The notes below the pieces were generated by a model. That model had not been told where the DNA came from. It was given only the letters and a program-made list of their open reading frames with translations, and ran no database searches. Below, one piece after another: positions 24,204 to 34,063 of a DNA stretch of 34,063 bases; within the stretch, counting starts at the first letter, position 1; each line of letters begins with the position of its first letter. Made by a program: the position numbers and the translations under genes. Source of the DNA: Octopus sinensis. Lineage: Eukaryota. The DNA lies in NCBI RefSeq assembly GCF_006345805.1, contig NW_021831936.1:1-34063 (forward strand). Reading direction: 5' to 3'.

Positions 24204-24580
24204 ATAATAAATCTCTGAACGAGGTATAAACAGTAAGTGAACGACAATATGATGTATATTTGCCATCTAAATGTGGCCAACCACTAAGGGTGGATGTTAC
24301 TGTAGCTTGTAGCCCCAGGAGAATATCTTCTCCAGCTGACTATTGACACACTTTCTGTGCCCTATCGGTATTTGCAAAGGGAAGCCATCCTTCCCATCGT
24401 CGACCAGACGTGATACACACGGACCCGGGTTTCTGAGCATTTAACCGTCATCAGTGCATGACAGTCACCGGTCTTCGATGCAAAGGGGTCCCAATGCAAA
24501 TATAAATATCCTTTTTCCAGTGACTTTTCGTCACTGATCTCGAAAAAGTGTAAACAAGCAATAATAAATCTCTGAACGAG
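24204..24580 (-). mobile_element. 357-bp direct-repeat-bounded unit carrying a degenerate minimal hammerhead (PLE pLTR or retrozyme-like)
   Basis: The 20-bp exact repeat ATAATAAATCTCTGAACGAG occurs at 24204-24223 and 24561-24580. The rc of 24416-24460 reads CATGCA CTGATGA cggttaaatgctca GAA ACCCGGGT C CGTGTG. Confidence 0.6.
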
Positions 24581-24589
24581 ATATATTCT

Positions 24590-24735
24590 TTTCTTCATTA
24601 AAGATTTTTTAGTCGAAGAAATCGATCCCAGGACTTTGTAAGCCTAGTGCAAATTTTATCGTCATCTTTTGCCGAACTGCTACGTTGCAAAGACACAAAC
24701 TCACGAACACCGGTTGTCAAGCGATGGTGGTTTTA
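24590..24735 (-). mobile_element. SINE family C 3' remnant
   Basis: TAGTCGAAGAAATCGATCCCAGGACT...TAAGCCTAGT..TTTGCCGAACTGCTA is similar to 16450-16550. Confidence 0.6.
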
Positions 24736-24973
24736 AATCCTTGAAGTCTGTACACCAAGCAGATTGGTATGAAAAGATTAATGTTTGGTCAACGTCATCA
24801 TACTACAGATAGCAACATGCTTTCACGGATCTCGATGCTATAACACGGTGAGCAAACAGGACTGTGAACGGAAACATTTTAAGTACAATTTGAGCGTTTT
24901 ATCTTACAAACCGAAACAGAATTAATGAAACCACCACACACACACACACACACCACACACACACACACACAAC

Positions 24974-25011
<38 letters not shown>

Positions 25012-25015
<4 letters not shown>

Positions 25016-25172
25016 ACAGACTTACTTCAGTTTCCGCCTAGAAAATCCACTCACAAGGTTTTGGTTGACCCGAGGTTATAGTAAATGATACTTGCCTAAA
25101 TACACTGCAGTGGAATTGAACCTGAAGCATGTGGTTGGAAAGCAAGCTTCTTACCACACAACCAAGCCTATT
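25012..25172 (-). mobile_element. tRNA-derived SINE (family C-like head)
   Basis: Shares GTGGTTGG.AAGCAAGCTTCTTACCACACA.CCA with 16620-16655. Confidence 0.8.
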
Positions 25173-25179
25173 ATATATA

Positions 25180-25270
<91 letters not shown>

Positions 25271-25634
25271 TATATATATATATATATCAGTAAAACCAAA
25301 AGAATCTGGAATGTAAACCGTTCGTCGTGGATCAGATGTAGGGAGCTACATTTCTGGTCGGTGTAGAAAACAAGTCCGTAGAATTGATATAGAGTTAGAC
25401 AGGTTGGTAGATCAGTGCTGTCACTAGTGAAAGACTCGTAAATGATGGAAAAGATGTGTGTAGGTAATACTTTACGGCTGTTTCTGGACTAGTTGCACAC
25501 TATTCGCAGCGCAGAATATTTCGTACTACTTATGCCACGTTCAGAAGAGAAATGCATATTATCCAGTATTGACACTACAAAATCATAGTGAGTGATACAT
25601 CAATAAATGTGTATAATTTTTTACTAGAGACAAA

Positions 25635-25635
<1 letters not shown>

Positions 25636-25667
<32 letters not shown>

Positions 25668-25790
25668 TGTATGTATGTATGTATGCATGTATGTATGTAT
25701 GTATGCATGTATGCATGCATGCATGCGTGTATGTATGTATGTATGTATGTATGTATGTATGTATGTATGTATGTATGTATGTATGCATTT
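25636..25790. repeat. (GTAT)n microsatellite
   Basis: Directly visible. Confidence 0.95.
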
Positions 25791-26423
25791 ATGTAGACAG
25801 AGGTAAAGACAGATAAATAAAATCAAATAAATTAGATTAATTAGAAACACACAGACAGATATGTATATATCTATATGTATATGGACAGTGCATATATTTT
25901 TGCATGTATGTCTTAATGAAGCACTTCAGCCAATCTTGGTTATCAGATATATCTGTGTATGTATGTATGCATGTATGTATGTATCTATGTATATATGGAT
26001 GTATGTATGTATGTATGTATGTATGTATGTATGTAGGTATGCATGTATGTATGTATGTACATGCTTTATCTTCCGCTTGAGAATCACATTAAACAGCGTC
26101 CGGTGGTGAGGCTCCAGTTTGTGAGTTCTAAAGTTGTGGTGGGCATGGAGATACATCTTAATTACCATTACTCACAGGCCCGTTCTGATCCAGTCCCGCA
26201 GTCGCTGCCAGGGTCCCATGTAAGAATTAACTAGATGTTTCTAAGGGTAAATTGAGCTCCTTAATTGCGATGAAAAGAAACAATCTAGGAGAAGAACTAA
26301 AAAATTCATACCCACTTCCAACCTACCCTAAGCCAGCACGAAATGGTACGGCTGATGAAACTAAAATAAGGTATTTCCAACAACATAGATTCATGCAATA
26401 AAGACAACAATATCATGTTGGGT

Positions 26424-26496
26424 GAAACAGCGCTTAGCGTTTCGCCCGGAGTGCTAACAATTCTGCCACCTCACCGCCTTTATTATAATAATATAA

Positions 26497-26533
<37 letters not shown>

Positions 26534-26562
26534 GTAATAATAATAGTAATATAATAATAATA

Positions 26563-26603
<41 letters not shown>

Positions 26604-26627
26604 TATAGTAATAAAATAATAATAATA

Positions 26628-26658
<31 letters not shown>

Positions 26659-26686
26659 CATAATAATAATAATAATCATAATAATA

Positions 26687-26718
<32 letters not shown>

Positions 26719-26934
26719 AACAATAATAATAATAATAATAATAGTAATAATGGTTTCACATTTTGCAACAAGGGCAGCAATTTTAGAGGAGGAGATGTAC
26801 TTATTTTATTGACCCCAAAAACATGAAAGGTAAAGCGGTCCACAGTGGAATTTGAACTCAGAACCTGAAGACGGACGGAATACCACCAGGCATTTCACCC
26901 GGCATGCTAACGATTCTGCCAGCACACCGCCTTC

Positions 26935-26935
<1 letters not shown>
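26424..26935 (-). mobile_element. Two SINE family A copies (26424-26480 head; 26750-26935) separated by (TAA)n/(GAT)n
   Basis: rc heads AAGGCGGTG.G.TGGCAGAAT.GTTAGCA. Confidence 0.75.
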
Positions 26936-27000
<65 letters not shown>

Positions 27001-27004
<4 letters not shown>

Positions 27005-27378
27005 TAAAGACCTACTCATTGAAATTGAGAAAATGTGTCATCTCAAGGCGGTTACAATACCAGTGATCGTAGGAGCACTAGGAATGATCAAGAAGGGAAT
27101 CAAAAATTATATGAGAATGATCCCTGGCTTACCATTCCTGCAAGAAGTGCAAAAGATTGTCTTAACTGGTACATCACACGTATTGAGAAGAGCATTGTCG
27201 ATGTGAGAACTGTTGCTGCTCATGTATTTTAATTTAACTTAAAAAAAAAAAAAAAATGAACGAACGAACTACTGAGTTTGGTTTAATGGCCTACCAATAT
27301 ACACTATGAGTTTCTTTGCCCTAGGAGTCGGGAAGACACTCGGCAAGAAATGGAGAAAATTTGAAAGAAGAAAAAAAG
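27001..27378 (+). mobile_element. R4/Dong-clade LINE 3' fragment (subfamily B)
   Basis: KYKDLLIEIEKMCHLKAVTIPVIVGALGMIKKGIKNYMRMIPGLPFLQEVQKIVLTGTSHVLRRALSM* plus 3' UTR, flanked by (TAA)n. Confidence 0.9.
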
Positions 27379-27403
27379 TCATAATAATATAATAATAATA
27401 ATA

Positions 27404-29343
27404 ACAGTGACAATGAATCTCTAAATGCTGGTGATGTAAAATTTCATGTGGCATTTTCCAGGGTGACTCACTATCACCACTCCTCTTCTTTTAGCCTTAA
27501 TACCTCTCTCAAAACTGCTCAATACGCGCAGTACGGGTATAAAATGTTTGATAAAAATATAAATCATCTCATTTACATGGATGATTTAAAGCTCTTTGCA
27601 AAATGACCAACAACTCAAGGGCTTACTAGCGATTGTCAAACAATTCAGTGATGACATCAGAATGCAATTTGGCCTCGATAAGTGTGCAAAAGCTACCTTT
27701 ATCAAAGAAAAATGACAGAAACCATCTAACGTTAACCTTGACCAGCAGAATGTCATAAAAGAATTAGACCCAGCAGAGAACTACAAGTATCTAGGGATAA
27801 TTGAAGGAGAAGGAATAAGGCATTCAGAGATGAAGGAAAGGATCAGGAGAGAATGCTATCGCAGAGTAAGAGCAATACTCAAGACAGAGCTGAATGCGAG
27901 AAACAGGATCGAAGCGATTAATGCAGTAGCCATACCAGTCGTGACTTACAGTTTCAATATCGTTAACTGGTCAATTACTGAAATATGTCAGCTCGACAGA
28001 AAAATAAGAAAATTGTTGACAATGCATAGAATGCACCACCCTAAGGCAGATACAGACGACTTTGTCTGCCAAGAAAAGAGGGAGGCCGTGGACTTTTACA
28101 ACTGGCAATAACAATGAAGATTGCTACAATTGGCCTAGACACCTACCGGAAAAACTCTGAGGACTGGATGTTAAAACTTGTCTCAAAACATGAAAATAAG
28201 AAAGCATTATACTCAGTAACAAAACAGGCAAAGGAATATCTAAGTGAATTCCGAGTACAACAAATTTCGGAATTAGAGATAGACATGCAAGAACAACAGA
28301 AAAACGAAAAAAAGCTAAGCGCATGAAAACCTGTGCTAAATCTACGGCCTTAGATATTCTGAATGATAAATGCAAGAAAAACCTCTCTATGGCAAATACC
28401 CAAAGAGAGCAAATAATGCAGATGTTGACAAAGCCCTGACCCATCAATGGCTAATGGCCTCTGGCTTAAAATCTGAAACAGAGGGGTTTATCATAGCAGC
28501 TCAAGATCAATGCCTACCAACAAGAAACTACCAGGCCACATATTAAAGATCAGAAGCAGTCCAACGTGGGTCGTGTATGCCAGCACACAAATGAAACCAT
28601 TGACCATGTGGTCTCCAAGTGCAGTCTCTAGCGCCTACAGAGTATCTCAACAGACACGATAGAGCTGCACAATATATTTACTGGGTATCTGCAAAAACCT
28701 GGATTTGCCTCATGAAAAAAACTGGTGGGAACACAATCCACCCCCAGTGCTTGAAAATGACACTCATCACTCCTCTGGAACTTCACCATTCAAACTGACA
28801 GAAAGATAGATGCAAATAGGCCAGACATCATTTTGAAAGACTTCAAACAAAGAACATGCCACCTCATTGATATGACTGCCCCAATCAATATAAACGTATC
28901 TGTCAAGACCTACCAAAAACTGAGCACAATATAAAGATCTTGAAATAGAAATCAGCAAAATGTGGAACCTGAAGACTAAAACAATACCTGTTGTCATAGG
29001 TGCCCTGGGAATGATATAAAGGGGCTGATAGCTACCTAACTCAGATACCAGGAAACCCAAAAATGGCAGAAATTCAAAAGATAGTGCTCATGGGAACTGC
29101 TCATATCCTACGCAAAATACTTTCTATGTAATCTCAAGGTTTAAAACAAACATAATTTTCGGTTAAAAAAAAAAAAAATTTCTTTTTTTTTGACATTCAT
29201 TAGTACAACACCAAAAACTCCCCCCCCCCCAAATATATGGCACACTAGGCATAACAACATGAACTTCCAACCTGTTGTCTCTTGAGGTCTCTGGGTGAGA
29301 CTTGGAGCCAACTTGTACAAATATAAAGCAAAACTCAAACATA

Positions 29344-29344
<1 letters not shown>
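27404..29344 (+). mobile_element. 5'-truncated R4/Dong-clade non-LTR retrotransposon (RT, CCHC knuckle, RLE), frameshifted
   Basis: GIFQGDSLSPLLF, YMDD (27574-27585), YKYLG, ETEGFIIAAQDQCL, a CCHC-like region at about 28560-28625, NRPDII (28815-28832), stop at 29129-29131, 3' UTR, then (TAA)n. Confidence 0.95.
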
Positions 29345-29406
<62 letters not shown>

Positions 29407-29433
29407 GATGATGATGATGATGATGATGATGAC

Positions 29434-29755
29434 ATGGTACAATAATCGCATCGAAAGAGTACTGAAGTCTGGCAAGAAATAAGAAAATAATAGACCAGAT
29501 ATTACAATTATAGATAAGGGAAAGCGAAGATGCTTATTTATTGACATTTTATGACCGTTTGATTCCAGGATCGTAAAGAAAGAGGTAGAAAAGCAAAAAA
29601 CAAAAGAAAATAATAATATAAATTTACGTTGAAACTTGAAATACGAAGAATTGAAGTCTGCAAACAGCCTATAACAATCAGGTCTTTGGTAAAAGTAAGC
29701 CAACATATAGACAAATGGCTGAAGGCAAAACAAATACAATAGAAGAAATAGAAAA
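29434..29755 (+). mobile_element. Decayed R4/Dong RLE fragment interrupted by a mariner
   Basis: NNRPDITIIDKGKRRCLFIDI..PFDSRIVKKEVEK...SQHIDKWL. Confidence 0.75.
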
Positions 29756-29756
29756 C

Positions 29757-30405
29757 AGAGGAAGAAATGATAATCCGATAGGGAAATGTCCAACGAATAT
29801 TGTGAATGTGGCATCATTCTCCATTCACACTGCTTCAGCCTTTGGAATGTCATCCTCGTTATATGTGGCGAAGCAATATTCTGACGGTAAAATACCTTTC
29901 GTCATGAAAGCAAAGATGGTGGCTTTCCGATGACATGCAGGTGTCAATGAATGGCCGAATGACCAAATCCAAGCCACCCTGCTAGTTCTTGAACAGCTAC
30001 GATGGGATTATATCCCACCAGAGTTTGCAGGACATCCTCGTCGAGCTCTACAAATCTTCCACAATGATGTTCGTCTACAAGACTGTAGTTTCCGGGTCAG
30101 AATTTCTGGAAGCATCGTTGACACTTGCGTACGCTTATTGTCCGATCTCCATCTACTGAAATTAATATTCCTCGCACTTTCCGTTACGTTGTTGCCTTTA
30201 TTGAACTCATAAAGCAAGATATGCCGAATATGCTCCTTTGACACATTATATCTTTGAAAAAATAACTGTTAAAATCGAACTACACTCTTCAAAACTTGCA
30301 CAAAAAATACGTAGAAGGTAATATTACAAACTGCATTCATAGCCAAGTTCAGGCAGTTAGTTTATCTCCTCCCGTTTCGATTTTTAGTTCAAGCAACTCA
30401 AGAAA
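29757..30405 (-). mobile_element. Truncated, internally deleted mariner (same family as 4903-5791)
   Basis: MSKEHIRHILLYEFNKGNNVTESARNIN and TFQRLKQCEWRMMPHSQYSLDISLSDYHFF. Alignable to 4930-5560. Confidence 0.88.
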
Positions 30406-30832
30406 CCGTACATATATATATACATATATAAACATATATACAAACCGTATATATATATATATATATATATATACATTTACAATGATGTATAAATATACAA
30501 TTACACGTTACAAGCCTAATTCAGGGATAGCGAAATCTTATGCAAGTACTGGATAGTTACGTGTACAAAGGATGTTGAATATTAAAGATTAATACTCAAC
30601 TTGAAGGTAACTATATACATTTATTTAGTAAAAAAGATAAGAAATACAAAGGTAATTAATAAATCATTATCTATGAATGAATACACACACACGCACGCAC
30701 ACACACACCCACCCACACCCACACACACACACACACATACACACACACACACAGAGAAGAGACATGCATATATGATTATATATAAATATATATATACACA
30801 TATTATAGACATATGCATATATATATGTATAA

Positions 30833-30873
<41 letters not shown>

Positions 30874-31259
30874 GATTACACATATTTGTATATATATATA
30901 TATATGCATGTATATATATTTATGCATATATATATAAGTATATATATACATATATATATTGTATATATATATATATAATTATATTACATGTTGTATATAT
31001 ATATATATGTATATCTATATATACAAGTATATATATATATATGTATATATATACGATTACATATATAATTAATTATATATATCAGTGTTGTGTGTGTGTG
31101 TGTGTGTATGCAGTGGCAGACTGAGTCTAAAATATTGGTTGCCCCTATAATAAAGGGGCCCAACCGCAACTACAATGCCAGCAATTATTTTTTATTTATT
31201 TATTTGATTTGTCACAAGTATTCTTTTCAACTGTCATATATGTATATTATTATATATAT

Positions 31260-31332
<73 letters not shown>

Positions 31333-31778
31333 GGATATAGGTATATACGATTGTGCATAAAATGCGCGTATATAAGATGTTATGTATAAATATTTATATA
31401 TAATTATATAAATAAATATATAGATGATTATATTAATATATCTGGTTAAATAAATTCATATGATTATATATGTATGTGTGTGTATATACGCGTGCGTGTG
31501 CGTATATATATATATATATTTGCTTAAATATAGATAAGTTATATATACGAATATTCATATGAACACACACATAGCAGAAAAACTAATAGCAATAATGAAA
31601 ACTAACCGTATGTATTGCATCAGTGTATGCATGTGTGTTTGTGTGTCTGGGTTTGTGCATACATGTATATATACACATATGTATGAGTATATGAATGTCT
31701 TTATAAATATATATATTTATATATTATATAACATTATATCATATACATATTATGTATATATATATATATATATATATA

Positions 31779-32525
31779 GGAAAAAAATGGAGTCAACGCA
31801 GGTTTAAACAAGTATTTTTTCTTCTACATATGTTTCAAAATTCCACTGATACTTATTCAAAAGAATAAAAGGTATAAACAATGCAATCTTCTCATCGTTA
31901 GAGTTATCTAAGAGAATTTCTATCCATTACTCAACATTTAGAGATAGAAATAAACGGAATAGTACCGGTCTCAGCAAACTGATTTGGAATTTAAAAGACC
32001 ACAATGAACAATTTCATTTGGAATGGTTGATCTCTCAATTCGATACCATATGACAAAGCAAGAAATTCTGTCTTCTCTGCAATTCTGAGCTATTTTTCAT
32101 TATTTTTTCTAAAAATACTCTAGTAAACACGGTTATAGAACGAGCATACAGATGTAAGCATTGGCAAAAGCATACTTTTAGTGCATATAAGTAGTCTCTA
32201 TCATTATATATAGTTTAGACTTTAATTTCCTTTATATTTAACATTCACTATTAATATCCCTACTCTTTCTGTTAGCTACTTATGACGTTATATCATATAA
32301 CGTTTTTTTTAAACAATATTAATAGCGTTCCTGTCTATCGCTATACGAATCCATCATTTTTTGCTAAAATGTCGTATTGACAAGTTCGTTTTTTCACTTT
32401 CCCGAAGAGAAGATTGCATTGTTTATACCTTTTATTCTTTTGAATAAGTATCAGTGGAATTTTTGAAACATATGTAAGAAAGAAAAAATACTTGTTAAAC
32501 CTGCGTTGACTCCATTTTTTATTCC
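31779..32525 (+). mobile_element. Penelope-like element 3' fragment: inverted pseudo-LTR, endonuclease C-terminus, and pseudo-LTR with hammerhead
   Basis: About 120-bp inverted repeats at 31779-31897 and 32403-32525. 31898-32194 encodes KRISIHYSTFRDRNKRNSTGLSKLIWNLKDHNEQFHLEW...PYDK..KFCLLCNSELFFIIFSKNTLVN...RCKHWQKHTF* (one frameshift), typical of the C-terminal part of PLE GIY-YIG ORFs. Confidence 0.85.
32397..32482 (+). ncRNA. Type I hammerhead-like motif with long stem II (variant core CCGAAGA)
   Basis: CTTTC-CCGAAGA, a long hairpin with TTATTC/GAATAA apex, GAA-ACATATGT-A (palindromic stem III, GTA site), then A-GAAAG. Confidence 0.55.
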
Positions 32526-32665
32526 TATTATTCAAATATTCAACGTAAACACGAAGTTTTCAACCTTATAAACAAGGAGTTACAACATCTTACTTGTGAG
32601 ATTTGCTGCCCTGGTAACTATTCATTCATTTATCCGTGTTATTGTTAACAAGGTAAAATACACTC

Positions 32666-32696
<31 letters not shown>

Positions 32697-32800
32697 CATA
32701 CATATATATATAATATAATATATATATATATATATATATAATACATATATATATATATATATATATAATGTATATATATATATATGGATATAGAGATATT

Positions 32801-32883
<83 letters not shown>

Positions 32884-33437
32884 TATGTATGTATGTATGT
32901 TATGTATGTATGTATGTATTGAGAGCGACACAGAGAGAGACGAAGGAAGATGGATAAAATGAAAGACAGACAGGACTTGTTAGACGTTATATCTGCACCT
33001 AAAATTAACTCTGTGTCTTATGTGTAGCTAAGGTTTATTACGGAATACTAGCAGCTGCTTATGAATGAGATCCTGCGTCAGCCGACCAGCGATTGTTGTC
33101 TGAGGAAATGGCGAGGCACGTCAAGCTTGGCACTTCTGCAGTTGCATATGTTGCCGTCACAGCACAAAGAACCGTAACAGATATCTCATCGGACACACTA
33201 ATAAATGACAAAAATGCCTACAAGCGTTTCACATACATATACACACTCACACATCCATATAATATATATATATATCAATATATATATATATATATATATC
33301 AATATATATATTATAATATTAATATATATATTAAGATTATTATATATAGCTTGAAATTATTTCGTGTTCTCGCCAAAGTTTATAGAATTCTTATGACGAC
33401 TACAACACATACGCGGATTTATATAAGCATACCAATG

Positions 33438-33474
<37 letters not shown>

Positions 33475-33529
33475 ATGTGTGTGCTCGATCGTGAGTGAGC
33501 GTGTGCGCGTGTGTGTGTATACACGCACA

Positions 33530-33562
33530 TTATATATCTATCTATCCATGTATATATCTATT

Positions 33563-33645
<83 letters not shown>

Positions 33646-33672
33646 ATATCTATCTATATATCTATCTGTCTG

Positions 33673-33739
<67 letters not shown>

Positions 33740-33741
33740 CC

Positions 33742-33795
<54 letters not shown>

Positions 33796-33807
33796 TATAT
33801 ATATATC

Positions 33808-33845
<38 letters not shown>
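33530..33845. repeat. (TCTA)n, (TC)n and (TA)n microsatellites
   Basis: Directly visible. Confidence 0.95.
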
Positions 33846-33846
<1 letters not shown>

Positions 33847-34008
33847 CAAAAATGTTAACAGAATGAGATAAAAATCCAAGGGTGTGTGAAAGATTTCAGT
33901 ACATCTATAAATATGTCTTACAGCTGTTTCCGGGATATCCGTGTGTATACACGCACATTATATATCTATCTATCCATGTATCTATCTATTTATCCATGTA
34001 TCATCTAT

Positions 34009-34044
<36 letters not shown>

Positions 34045-34063
34045 TTATCTATCTATCTATCTA

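Noticed and set aside
26345-26390. CTGATGA motif
   Set aside because: No stem II or GAAA follows.

Overview
This is eukaryotic, very AT-rich DNA dense in microsatellites. It is most likely intronic or intergenic sequence from an octopus or other coleoid cephalopod; I infer this from the SINE families, the microsatellite load and a GC-rich 18S V9 segment. I recognise no intact host protein-coding gene, and nearly all ORFs in the track are microsatellite artefacts. The window is a transposon graveyard. It holds a CR1/L2-like LINE 3' fragment plus an inverted tail, three mariner relics, and at least six R4/Dong-clade (RT + restriction-like endonuclease) fragments stacked head-to-tail in (TAA)n tracts. 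It also holds many tRNA-headed SINEs, a 3' 18S rRNA pseudogene fragment abutting a SINE core, and Penelope-like (PLE) termini. The most interesting signals are RNA-level. Several different minimal type I hammerhead ribozyme (HHR) motifs with palindromic stem III are present; one lies in a 357-bp unit bounded by direct repeats, which resembles a retrozyme. Also notable are a Dong element reduced to its two ends, an 18S-SINE junction, and a 184-bp unit found twice at the same site of a SINE.
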